The notes beneath the pieces were generated by a model. That model was not told where the DNA came from and did not search any database. It worked only from the letters and a program-made list of their open reading frames with translations. 64,000 bases of DNA, taken from NCBI GenBank assembly GCA_964517065.1, contig CAZFBK010000001.1:41734-105733 (forward strand), written 5' to 3'. Positions within the stretch are counted from its first letter, which is position 1. Every line of letters begins with the position of its first letter. Shown here piece by piece: positions 39,322-48,073 of the stretch. This DNA is from an uncultured Gammaproteobacteria bacterium. GTDB lineage: Bacteria; Patescibacteriota; Patescibacteriia; UBA1558; 2-01-FULL-52-15. Made by a program: the position numbers and the translations under genes.

Positions 39322-40101
39322 CTACTGTAAACTCTTAATTAAATCTTTCAGATCACTCGGAGGCAAGCGGTTCACTTCACTTTCTTTCAGACCTGCTTGT
39401 ACCAGAAATGTCCGCATGTCAGCCTCACTCAAACTATCGACATCAATAGGCTCTGACTGTAGATCAGCTGCTCGCACGATAGCGTCCATATAGACCAAAA
39501 GCGTATCATCGCTCAAATCATCCAAGGTCGCCTGATCCATACCGCTCTGGAGTAAAATACCGCGGAACTCTTTCAACGTTGCGTCTTTCAGACTTTGATT
39601 GGCGGGGCTGAATTCGGGTAATAAATCCGATAGTTTAGTATCAGGATTGATGAGACGAATCGTACGACAAGTCTCTCCGGTCTTACAGTTAGGATCTGTG
39701 CCTTTTTTGATCTCTGAGCCATCGGGAATACCGTCGCCATCAGTGTCTTTGAGATACGGACTGGTGTTATAGGTATAGACTTCATCATAATCACTTAAGC
39801 TATCGCCGTCAGTGTCCTTCTGCTTCAAAGCATCGGTGATCGCTGGATCAGTGGAGCTGGCCGTGGCGGCGATTTGCTTGATGTCAACTTTGAAAGGGCT
39901 AGTAATACCGTTGGTAATCAGCCAGCCTGCCAGTACCAGTGAGCTGAATCCGCAAAGACTGATCAGGAAAATAATAATTTTGGTGCCTCGATCCATCGGA
40001 GCGCGTCCTCTGATCTGAAGATATGAAGAACCACCTTCCTCAGTCTGGGGTGTGACTTCCTCAGGAATTAATTCTGCCTCTACTTGATTTGTTGGCGACA
40101 T
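39322..40101 (-). CDS. Membrane protein with bacterial thrombospondin type-3-like Ca-binding repeats
   Basis: DTDGDSLSDYDE...DTDGDGIPDGSE..GTDP after a TM; likely ATG at 40101. Confidence 0.8.
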   Translation of the reverse strand: MSPTNQVEAELIPEEVTPQTEEGGSSYLQIRGRAPMDRGTKIIIFLISLCGFSSLVLAGWLITNGITSPFKVDIKQIAATASSTDPAITDALKQKDTDGDSLSDYDEVYTYNTSPYLKDTDGDGIPDGSEIKKGTDPNCKTGETCRTIRLINPDTKLSDLLPEFSPANQSLKDATLKEFRGILLQSGMDQATLDDLSDDTLLVYMDAIVRAADLQSEPIDVDSLSEADMRTFLVQAGLKESEVNRLPPSDLKDLIKSLQ

Positions 40102-40120
40102 GGAAACCAAAAGTGTGTTT

Positions 40121-40231
40121 ACCCCGCACCACTTTCGCTCAGCACTTTCAATATATTAGCGAAAACGATTGGAGCTTTACTTAAAATAATATCTCTACAT
40201 AACAGTCGGCAGTAGAAAGGTGGTGCGGGGT
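40121..40231. mobile_element. MITE-like element with 12-bp terminal inverted repeats
   Basis: ACCCCGCACCAC (40121-40132) / GTGGTGCGGGGT (40220-40231), non-coding interior. Confidence 0.55.
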
Positions 40232-40325
40232 TAAAAAATCTTTTATATTATAGCATGTTTCCGTCGCCACTGCCAAATATTTCACTACATGGGCGTAATA
40301 CGTAATTCGTAATACTAAGTTAGCA

Positions 40326-40443
40326 CCCACTTGGTTTCTGCGAGCCGCACTGGGCGAAGCAGTCTAGTCTATATATTGAGTAGTTTTTATAAGGAGGTTA
40401 TTAGAGATTGCTTCAATCGAGTACGAGTTTCGCAATAACCAGG
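40326..40443. repeat. Palindromic element (TGCGAG..CGAAGCAGTCT / AGATTGCTTC..TCGCA)
   Basis: Inverted arms TGGTT.../...AACCA; left half repeated at 25914. Confidence 0.65.
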
Positions 40444-40537
40444 ACTGGGCCATAGTTTTGAATTTCTATATTTGAACTTGTTTACCCGCCCGCCTGCGAA
40501 GCGCAGCGAGTCGGGCGGGGAACTTAGGATTTTGAAC

Positions 40538-41380
40538 TTAGAGTTTCTTGTTTACACTCAGAGTTATCCAATCAGATAACTCTAAATCCTGCGCCCTTAT
40601 CTTCACCGAAAGTTTACAAGCTAATAGCCACTCCTCCACCTCGGGCTTGGCTAATTTCAACCCAGCTGAGAGATTATTTACGAGAGTTTTGCGCCGTGAG
40701 CTGAAGCCAATACGGATCAGCTGCCAGACTTCTTCCTCGGGCGCTTGATAGTTCCAATGATGAAGCTGCTCGATGACCAACAAAGCAGAATCAACAGCTG
40801 GTGCAGGCCAGAAAGCCTTGCGTGAGACGATACGAGCGACCTTCGCCTGTCCGTAGAACTGTACTCCCAGAGACTGCTTGCTGTGATCACCGGCTTTGGC
40901 GACTATTTTCTCGGCTACTTCTTTTTGTACCAATAAGACAATAGTTGTAGGCAGCTGTTCAAATGAAAATAACTGACTAATAATCTTGCCTGTGATGTAA
41001 TACGGGATATTGGCGACAACTTTATAGCTCTGATTCTGCCTCAGAGCCAAAGCCTGATACAGCTCTGCCGGTTCAAGCTTGAGAAAATCATTTTTAATCA
41101 CTGTCAGATTTTCGTACTCTTCCGTTAACGAATCTAACAAAGGAAAAAGTCTGCGGTCCGACTCAATTCCCACGACCCGCGCTACTCGACGCGCCAGAGC
41201 AGTCGTCAGCGTACCCAGACCACTGCCTATTTCTAAAACAGTATCTTCAGGCTTAATCCCACCGACACGCAAACTATCCGCCACTACTGTCTCGTCAATC
41301 AAAAAATTCTGACCGCGATCAGTATCTGGCCGTAGTCGATAACGCTTGGCTAATAGCTGTGTTTCTTCTAATAAGCTCAT
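40538..41380 (-). CDS. rsmA: 16S rRNA m6,2A methyltransferase RsmA/KsgA
   Basis: GQNFLID, VLEIGSGLG, VVANIPY.IT, F.P.P.VDSA. Confidence 0.97.
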   Translation of the reverse strand: MSLLEETQLLAKRYRLRPDTDRGQNFLIDETVVADSLRVGGIKPEDTVLEIGSGLGTLTTALARRVARVVGIESDRRLFPLLDSLTEEYENLTVIKNDFLKLEPAELYQALALRQNQSYKVVANIPYYITGKIISQLFSFEQLPTTIVLLVQKEVAEKIVAKAGDHSKQSLGVQFYGQAKVARIVSRKAFWPAPAVDSALLVIEQLHHWNYQAPEEEVWQLIRIGFSSRRKTLVNNLSAGLKLAKPEVEEWLLACKLSVKIRAQDLELSDWITLSVNKKL

Positions 41381-42543
41381 AACAATAAATAAAGGAAGGA
41401 AGCTAGCCCCGCAACAATGAAGCTAATAGCAAAAGCCGACTGAACATCAGTCACAAACATAAAGATAACCGACAAAAGCATGATGATGAGCAACTTACCA
41501 ACTACCAGACCAGATTCAAACTTTACAATACTTTCTAAAATACTTGTGCGCTTGGCTCGACTATAAGTAATGGAGGTCAGGGTGACAGAGATAATATTTT
41601 TAGCCAGCCACGACAGTGAGCCAGCCAGAAATACTCCTGTAACCGTTCGCACGATCAGCTTGATAAACCAACTAAAAGCATAGATGACGGTACCAAGTCG
41701 CAAAACTGGATGGCGATGATGATGATCTGACCACCTACCTGCTATCATTGTCACGGCGACAGAGACCAAAACGGTAGCTCCGATGACTACACCGACATCA
41801 AATTCATTAACGATCATTATAGAGATAAAAATCGGCCACAGAACTAGAGCTACAAACTCTTCGGCAAATCCCATGTAGGCAAACAGCTGTCGACGATTAG
41901 CCACAGAAAATAGCTCTATAAATGAATGACGGTAGGAAAAGCTCGTTGGCTGGAATTTTTCGGGTGAGCTGAGTAAGGGAATATTTGATAATAAAAAGAT
42001 GATGGAAACAACGAGGAACATTAGAGGATAGCCGCCCAATAAAATCAGTACGCCAGCCGCGACAGGCCCAAGAATGAATAATAACGAGGTTGCTACCGTC
42101 AGCGTGCTGATCTCCCGAGCGTTCTCTATCTCTTTTATGTTCTGAGCAAAATCAGCATGAAAAGCGGGCCAATAAAACATTTTTTGTAGGGCATAAAGTA
42201 ACGCAGCTACATAAAAAAGTGGCGCATAGACAGGTATAGCAAATAAAGATAGGTAGAGCGCTACCATGAACACCGTACTTATAACAATGCTCTTTTCATT
42301 ACCATAGCGAGCAGTAAACTTCGCACCCAATGGAATCAACAAGAGATACAAAGCGTAGACAATGCCATAGAATAATAAAATCCACTGTAAATCATAGCCA
42401 ATACTATAAAGGTAGATCGGTTCAAACATCTGCACCATGGCCAAACCAAGGTTCATCAAAATAGTAGAGAGGTAGAGTTCTTTCACCTCTCGGCGCATTT
42501 GGTGTGGTAGAAAGGTGCCGAGATAACGGATTCTACGATGCAT
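41377..42543 (-). CDS. MFS transporter
   Basis: About 12 hydrophobic segments; G...R.G and G..SD loops. Confidence 0.85.
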   Translation of the reverse strand: MHRRIRYLGTFLPHQMRREVKELYLSTILMNLGLAMVQMFEPIYLYSIGYDLQWILLFYGIVYALYLLLIPLGAKFTARYGNEKSIVISTVFMVALYLSLFAIPVYAPLFYVAALLYALQKMFYWPAFHADFAQNIKEIENAREISTLTVATSLLFILGPVAAGVLILLGGYPLMFLVVSIIFLLSNIPLLSSPEKFQPTSFSYRHSFIELFSVANRRQLFAYMGFAEEFVALVLWPIFISIMIVNEFDVGVVIGATVLVSVAVTMIAGRWSDHHHRHPVLRLGTVIYAFSWFIKLIVRTVTGVFLAGSLSWLAKNIISVTLTSITYSRAKRTSILESIVKFESGLVVGKLLIIMLLSVIFMFVTDVQSAFAISFIVAGLASFLYLLL

Positions 42544-43159
42544 AGTATGATTTCGGGATGATAATGCTACCTGCGCGCAGGATCTCTAAACCACTATCGC
42601 TAATCCTGACAATGGTGCTCGCCGGCTGTTTTATTAATTCACCGGCATCGATGATCAGATCGGGTACGGATGATCTATTGGACAGCTGTGCGATCATATC
42701 TTTAACGCTATAAACGGCTGGTTGGCCGGCAATATTTGCAGAAGTAGAGATCAATGGCCGTGCCACAATACGAGACAAATCATGAGCCAGTGGATGTGAA
42801 GAAATACGCAATGCCAAAGAATCTGAACTAAAAAAACAATTAATCGTCAAAAATTGCAGGGGTAAGACCAAAGTCAATGGACCGGGCCAAAACTTCTGAG
42901 CCAACCGATCGGCTACCGGCGTAAACCTCACCAAGACACGCGCTTGATGTTCTGTACCAACGATAACTGGGAAAGACTTGTCTTTGGGGCGAGATTTGAT
43001 CGCCAAAATTCTTTTGTAGGCTTTGTCAGAAAAAAAGTCACCACCAAGCGCGTAAGAAGTCTCTGTCGGGTAGACTACCGTACCACCACGCTCGATCACT
43101 TCCTGTGCCATAGCCAATACCTGCGGGCGGTTATTAGAATTTAGTTTGATAATCTGCAT
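42533..43159 (-). CDS. tsaC: L-threonylcarbamoyladenylate synthase (TsaC/YrdC)
   Basis: YPTETSYALG, K.R, FWPGPLTLVL, STSAN; likely start MQII at 43159. Confidence 0.93.
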   Translation of the reverse strand: MQIIKLNSNNRPQVLAMAQEVIERGGTVVYPTETSYALGGDFFSDKAYKRILAIKSRPKDKSFPVIVGTEHQARVLVRFTPVADRLAQKFWPGPLTLVLPLQFLTINCFFSSDSLALRISSHPLAHDLSRIVARPLISTSANIAGQPAVYSVKDMIAQLSNRSSVPDLIIDAGELIKQPASTIVRISDSGLEILRAGSIIIPKSYYAS

Positions 43160-43226
43160 GAAAAAAAGTTCGGGCGATTCATGAATCTCCCTAATAGTAT
43201 AGCATGTCTCTCTTATTTTTGATTTT

Positions 43227-43655
43227 TCAATTGAGCAAAATTGCCCGCTCCGTCTCACTGCGTTGTTCCACTTGAATACGGATCACCCCATGCGGCAAAA
43301 TCTCCTTCACGGTATCACCCCACTCGATGAGCACCACGGTATCAGGCTGTCCTAGATAATCTCCCAGACCAATATTTAATAATTCTGCATGTCCAGCCAG
43401 ACGGTAAGCATCGACATGCACCAGATTTTGGATCTTACCCCTACGACGAACTGGGTACACCTTCATCAAAACGAACGTCGGACTGTTGACCACTTCTGTC
43501 ACGCCTAAACCTTTGGCGATCGCTTTGCTGATCACCGTCTTGCCAGCACCAAGATTACCTTCCAAAGAAATAACCTCCCCACCTTTCAAGGTGATAGCGA
43601 ATTTCTTGGCCCAGGCGATCGTGGCTTTTTCTGATGGTGAAATAAATTTATTCAT
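43227..43655 (-). CDS. tsaE: tRNA t6A ATPase TsaE
   Basis: GNLGAGKT, SPTF, H.D.YRL, IEW. Confidence 0.97.
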   Translation of the reverse strand: MNKFISPSEKATIAWAKKFAITLKGGEVISLEGNLGAGKTVISKAIAKGLGVTEVVNSPTFVLMKVYPVRRRGKIQNLVHVDAYRLAGHAELLNIGLGDYLGQPDTVVLIEWGDTVKEILPHGVIRIQVEQRSETERAILLN

Positions 43656-43664
43656 ATTGTTCCC

Positions 43665-43722
43665 GTAGGGACAGGTCCTCGCCTCGCTAAAGCTTAGGCG
43701 CAGCGGGGCGGCCTATCCCTAC
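43665..43722. repeat. GTAG-type REP palindrome with expanded centre
   Basis: GTAGGGACAGG...CCTATCCCTAC. Confidence 0.7.
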
Positions 43723-43732
43723 AAAATGCAGT

Positions 43733-44788
43733 TCATGAATTGCCCAAACGCATTTGTGGATTAAATCGCAACGTCTTCCAATTAGTTTTCTGACCTTTAT
43801 CCTGACGATGGTAATAAGCCGCAGCAGCGATCATTGCAGCGTTATCACCGGTGAATTCTAATCGCGGAATCAGAACGGGCAATTCATGAATTGCCCCGAG
43901 CGCGCGCATCCTATTTCCTAATTCCTTATTGGCACTAACACCACCAACAACCATCAATGATTTTACCTGATACTTCAACGCTGCTTTTTCTGCTTTTTTT
44001 ACCAAGACATCACAGACAGCTGCTTGAAATGAGGCACAAATATTATTAATCTCCGGCACGGGCAATTCATGAATTGCCCCGCCGTTTTTCACCTGCTTCT
44101 GCACATAATACAGAACCGCTGTCTTCAGCCCCGCGAAACTAAAATCAAAATTATTCTTATTCAACATCGGCCGTGGGAAATCAATCGCCGTCGGATCACC
44201 GTCCAATGCCCGTTTGGAAACAATCGGTCCACCCGGATATCCAAGATTCAGGATCTTCGCCACCTTGTCGAAAGCTTCACCAGCCGCATCATCCAGTGTC
44301 TGCCCTATCAATTGATACTGCCCATGACCCTTCATCAAAACTAATTCTGTGTGTCCGCCAGAAACAACTAAGGCTAACGACGGAAATATCTTCTTATCCT
44401 CTTTGAATAGCTCCAGATAGGTCAGCCAGTTGGCATAGATATGCGCTTCCATATGATTGATCGGCTGTAGTGGTTTGTTCAATGCTAAGGCTAAAGCTTT
44501 GGCTGTCTCAGTACCGACCATCAGCGACGTGATCAAACCGGGTCCGGCCGTGACGGCGAAAAGATCCGCCTGCTTGATAGCTTTCAGTCCGATACTTTTG
44601 TCTAACAATGGCAATAGAACTTCTAAATGCATACGCGCTGCCATTTCTGGCACTACTCCACCGTATTTCGAATGAGTCGTAGCCTGTGAGGCGATGATAT
44701 GTTGCTGCAAATCAAAACCAACCTTAGTGACATTCAATAAAGCAAAAGATGTTTCATCACAGGATGTCTCGATAGCAAATATCTTCAT
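43733..44788 (-). CDS. tsaD: tRNA t6A transferase TsaD
   Basis: IETSCDETS, GPGL, NHMEAH, VSGGHT, DDAAGEAFDK, GGV.AN, DNAAMIA; start MKIF at 44788. Confidence 0.97.
   Translation of the reverse strand: MKIFAIETSCDETSFALLNVTKVGFDLQQHIIASQATTHSKYGGVVPEMAARMHLEVLLPLLDKSIGLKAIKQADLFAVTAGPGLITSLMVGTETAKALALALNKPLQPINHMEAHIYANWLTYLELFKEDKKIFPSLALVVSGGHTELVLMKGHGQYQLIGQTLDDAAGEAFDKVAKILNLGYPGGPIVSKRALDGDPTAIDFPRPMLNKNNFDFSFAGLKTAVLYYVQKQVKNGGAIHELPVPEINNICASFQAAVCDVLVKKAEKAALKYQVKSLMVVGGVSANKELGNRMRALGAIHELPVLIPRLEFTGDNAAMIAAAAYYHRQDKGQKTNWKTLRFNPQMRLGNS
43875..44081. repeat. Two identical 24-bp REP-like palindromes inside tsaD
   Basis: ACGGGCAATTCATGAATTGCCCCG at 43875-43898 and 44058-44081. Confidence 0.9.
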
Positions 44789-44809
44789 CAGAGAATAATA
44801 ACAGTTTTT

Positions 44810-44848
44810 AAAAAAGAAGTCCCCCGCCGTGATGCTGGCGGAGGACTT
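44810..44848 (-). terminator. Intrinsic terminator of the orphan gene pair
   Basis: AAGTCCTCCGCC...GGCGGGGGACTT followed by a U-tract on the minus strand. Confidence 0.75.
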
Positions 44849-44864
44849 GTGGACTAGTGAACGC

Positions 44865-45140
44865 TCAGCACGTCGCATTGCGCCGATTGCACTGAACGGT
44901 GCCGTCGAAAACTTCGATGAACCCGCCCACCTTGAGCTCATCCAGATCAACCTGCATCAGACCAGACAGTATATCATCTTGGCCGTCGGTCGTGATGTAG
45001 ACTTGATCAAGTCCCTCATGTTGTGAGCGGGAATTGACCAGATAAGCCACCACTTCACCGATAAAAACCGGACGTCGTGGTGTCAGTGTTTGGATGACCG
45101 CCAACAACTTTTGCTGGCGGTCTTTCACGGGATTGGTCAC
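44865..45140 (-). CDS. Orphan, possible winged-helix protein
   Basis: GTG start overlaps the upstream TGA; GGAG upstream; followed by a terminator. Confidence 0.55.
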   Translation of the reverse strand: MTNPVKDRQQKLLAVIQTLTPRRPVFIGEVVAYLVNSRSQHEGLDQVYITTDGQDDILSGLMQVDLDELKVGGFIEVFDGTVQCNRRNATC

Positions 45141-45544
45141 GCTGTCTCTCCTGATGTAGAGGTCCTCCTCCGAACCTGCGGTCTTGTCAGTCGCCTAGAG
45201 GCCTTGATACAAGCCAATAGTTGTTTGACTAACTCCTCAAACCCTGCGACGAGTGGAACATCTTTGGCCGCCAGCTGCCCCATCTCGGTCGACGTCAGTG
45301 GCAGATCATGCCGCCATTCAAGATGCCCCACCGCAGGTTGCCGCAGACTAGTGACAGCACTCATAACCCGTGCTTGATTCATTTGGAGCGGCGGCGACTG
45401 ATGCGACAGAATCTGAGCAATCTGAGCACTTGTCGGATTTCTACCCTCCTGCTCGCAGGCAATCACGAGCTGCAAAACGAACATATCCCGATCCACTAAA
45501 ACAGTCGGCTGTGACGCCTTACCTGCCGCATCGTCGTTCTTCAT
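45137..45544 (-). CDS. Orphan, possible winged-helix protein
   Basis: GGAGG SD; promoter TTGACT-17-TATAGT (45651-45623); G.NPTSAQIAQ.L HTH-like segment. Confidence 0.6.
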   Translation of the reverse strand: MKNDDAAGKASQPTVLVDRDMFVLQLVIACEQEGRNPTSAQIAQILSHQSPPLQMNQARVMSAVTSLRQPAVGHLEWRHDLPLTSTEMGQLAAKDVPLVAGFEELVKQLLACIKASRRLTRPQVRRRTSTSGETA

Positions 45545-45670
45545 CAGACTCAGACCTCCAGATTATTGGACGCTCTCCCAAAAGGGAATAGTAAACGCAA
45601 AATGAACTTCGTAAGACCCTGCACTATACCCAAATAATCGCTCCGAGTCAAGCTGTGCTAGAATATCCCT

Positions 45671-46204
45671 ATGTCTGAAATAATCCCCTATCAAATCAAA
45701 CGAAGCAGCCGAGCGCGTCACGCTCGACTGACGATAACGGCTGATAAGAAATTAACCGTAACACTGCCGTTACGGGCGCCACTGTCATTGGCCGAGACCT
45801 TAGTAGCTCAGCACAGAAACTGGATTATCAAACATCTTTTGCGCACGCGACCGGAACGAATCAGCCTGCCGAGCGGACGCGCTGACTATCTGCAAAATAA
45901 ACATCAGGCACTCTCTCTGGTACGAGAACGCTTACACTTTTTCAATCAGCATTATGGCCTGCATTGGAAAAGCATCTCAATCAAAAATGCCACCACCCGC
46001 TGGGGCAGCTGCTCACGATTGAAAAATCTTAATTTCAATTATAAAATTGTCTATCTGCCGTCGGAGCTGCAGGACTATCTGATCGTGCACGAGCTCTGTC
46101 ATTTACAGGAAATGAACCACGGCAGGAAATTCTGGAACTTAGTCAGAGAAATGATACCCGATCACGTCAGACGCAGACAGGCCATGAGAAAATATTCATT
46201 ATAA
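45671..46204 (+). CDS. YgjP/DUF45 (M48/SprT-like) metalloprotein
   Basis: RWGSCS, YLIVHELCHLQEMNH..FW. Confidence 0.9.
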   Translation: MSEIIPYQIKRSSRARHARLTITADKKLTVTLPLRAPLSLAETLVAQHRNWIIKHLLRTRPERISLPSGRADYLQNKHQALSLVRERLHFFNQHYGLHWKSISIKNATTRWGSCSRLKNLNFNYKIVYLPSELQDYLIVHELCHLQEMNHGRKFWNLVREMIPDHVRRRQAMRKYSL

Positions 46205-46239
46205 AAAAGGTCCCCGCTCCACCGAGATGGACGAGGACC
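46203..46239. terminator. Hairpin between convergent genes
   Basis: AAAAAA GGTCC...GGACC. Confidence 0.55.
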
Positions 46240-46268
46240 GTGTGACACGCGTAGCAGGTGAGGCTGCA

Positions 46269-46787
46269 TCACTTCAGCTTGGTGACATCGACGCGTTCAA
46301 TGCCCACATGATGCACTGGCGTCGGTGAATAGGATCTTTTCATCCGGCGAATCAGCTGAGGCACCACGTAGTTGAAGGTTAGAGGCAAAGCGCCAAACTG
46401 ACTCCGATACGCAGCCGAGCCGGACTTGCGTATCATCAATCCGTTATCCGGTCTTTGTACGATTATGCCCTGAGCGATCAAAAATTCCAAATCGCTCAAG
46501 AAGAGCTGAGTTGGTATAACGGTGAGAAAATAGTCAGACGGAAAGAACGACTGAACCAGACCCTTTTGTAGTCTCAAAGCGCACCACAGATGGGCCGTGG
46601 AAACAAACCTACCGGTTGACAGCGAGTATTCCTTCTCTACCACTTCGAGTATCAGAAAGAGAACCTGAGCCGAAGTCAGGTTTGGCTGCATGACAGACTC
46701 CTGATGGACAGCTGCCGGCGCAGATCCTGATGCACCTATCTGCAAAAACACCTTCCTACGTTGGACCTCGCCATCTTGGGGTATCAT
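46269..46787 (-). CDS. Orphan, possible winged-helix protein
   Basis: GGAGG SD before ATG 46787; TTGACA-17-TACGCT upstream; DLEFLIAQGII wing-like segment. Confidence 0.55.
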   Translation of the reverse strand: MIPQDGEVQRRKVFLQIGASGSAPAAVHQESVMQPNLTSAQVLFLILEVVEKEYSLSTGRFVSTAHLWCALRLQKGLVQSFFPSDYFLTVIPTQLFLSDLEFLIAQGIIVQRPDNGLMIRKSGSAAYRSQFGALPLTFNYVVPQLIRRMKRSYSPTPVHHVGIERVDVTKLK

Positions 46788-47005
46788 CGCTACACCTCCG
46801 GTTGATACAACGAACTGACTGCCATGAGCTGACTCTTGGCGTTTCAAGCTGAGCGTATGATAAGCGATGATGACTGTCAACAATAAGGAAGGCTCTTGTT
46901 TCATCTGACAACATTGACTATTAGTCAGTTTTATTTTATGCTAGCTGGGATTTTCACCGGCTAACGAGCAGTTTATTAGCGAAAAATCATCATAATCGCC
47001 GCTAA

Positions 47006-47080
47006 GGCCCTATCGTCTAATGGTTAGGACACCAGGTTTTCATCCTGGCAATGGGGGTTCAATTCCCCCTGGGGTCACCA
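47006..47080 (+). tRNA. tRNA-Glu(TTC)
   Basis: Cloverleaf GGCCCTA...TGGGGTC-ACCA; anticodon arm CCAGG TTTTCAT CCTGG; T-loop GTTCAATTC. Confidence 0.97.
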
Positions 47081-47244
47081 CCCTGCGCTCGCAGAGCGAG
47101 CTTCGGGTGGCTTGTAGCCACACGATGAAGCGGAGCTTCAAGCAGGGTAGTCACCTGAAGCTTTAGCGAAAGGTGACAATATAAAAAAGCCATATAGGCT
47201 GTTTTTTTGTTGCAGTCCATAGTGATTTACTCTATAATAGAGCC

Positions 47245-47853
47245 ATGTTCAAAAAGAAAAAAGATAAAAAAATAGCCAAAGAAACGTTGCCTGAGATGAC
47301 CACTGCTTCTGGTGAGGAGCGCGATTTTTTCTATAACCTAGACGAGATCGAGGCCGAGACTGACCGCAAGAAACGCGAAGCAGTACCGGCTGAAGACGAA
47401 TCCGACGAGGAAATTATCGTAGAAGAAGTCACTCCTCGAGAGGAGATAATAGAGGCCAATACAGACTTACCCGTATCAGATGATTCAGACGACGGAGATG
47501 AACAAGATTGGGTGACCGAAGATGATAAGCTCCCTATTGATGTCTATCAGGATCATTACAATATCTACATCATGTCTCCTATGCCCGGCGTAGAGACAGA
47601 TGATATTGATGTTAATATCAATAACGACATGGTCACTATCCGAGGACGACGTCGCGAGCAGACAGAGACTCATGAAGATGATTTCTTTTTCCGTGAATGC
47701 TATTGGGGTAATGTCAGTCGTTCAGTGATACTACCGGTAGAGATAGATCCGGAGAAGGTTGAAGCTACTTTGAAAAACGGTATCTTAACCGTCACCCTAC
47801 CAAAAGTAGGCACGGGGCGCGATATAACAATTAACGTTAGAAGTGAGGATTAA
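47245..47853 (+). CDS. Hsp20/alpha-crystallin small heat-shock protein with acidic N-terminal extension
   Basis: IDVY, PGV...DI, TIRGRR, RS..LP..I...V.A.LKNGIL.V.LPK. Confidence 0.92.
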   Translation: MFKKKKDKKIAKETLPEMTTASGEERDFFYNLDEIEAETDRKKREAVPAEDESDEEIIVEEVTPREEIIEANTDLPVSDDSDDGDEQDWVTEDDKLPIDVYQDHYNIYIMSPMPGVETDDIDVNINNDMVTIRGRRREQTETHEDDFFFRECYWGNVSRSVILPVEIDPEKVEATLKNGILTVTLPKVGTGRDITINVRSED

Positions 47854-47857
47854 TCCT

Positions 47858-48073
47858 ATGCTTATCCGCAATATTAAATTAACCGTAGATGCCAGTTCCA
47901 ACAGCAAAGAAACTATCTTAGTGACTGAGCTGAATCAAAAAGTAATCATCAATGCTGATCTAGCTGAAGGTTTACAATCTGGCGACACTGTCTTCCTTTG
48001 TGCTGACCGTCAGCCCATCAATGTCTCCGAACAATTAGCCAAAGACGTACTCAATGAACTCATTAACGAATAG
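47858..48073 (+). CDS. Small conserved hypothetical protein
   Basis: Fills the operon gap; C-terminal LAKDVLNEL; likely ATG at 47858. Confidence 0.6.
   Translation: MLIRNIKLTVDASSNSKETILVTELNQKVIINADLAEGLQSGDTVFLCADRQPINVSEQLAKDVLNELINE

Noticed and set aside
12959-40101. Integrative conjugative element or plasmid
   Set aside because: No relaxase, integrase, coupling protein or att sites in the window, and core ribosomal genes are interleaved.
44789-44950. N-terminal extensions in the ORF track for tsaD (likewise tsaC, rnc, rpmF)
   Set aside because: They run through terminators, repeats or neighbouring genes; family motifs begin at downstream ATGs.
46269-47080. Prophage or island integrated at tRNA-Glu
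   Set aside because: No integrase and no duplicated tRNA 3' end found in the window.
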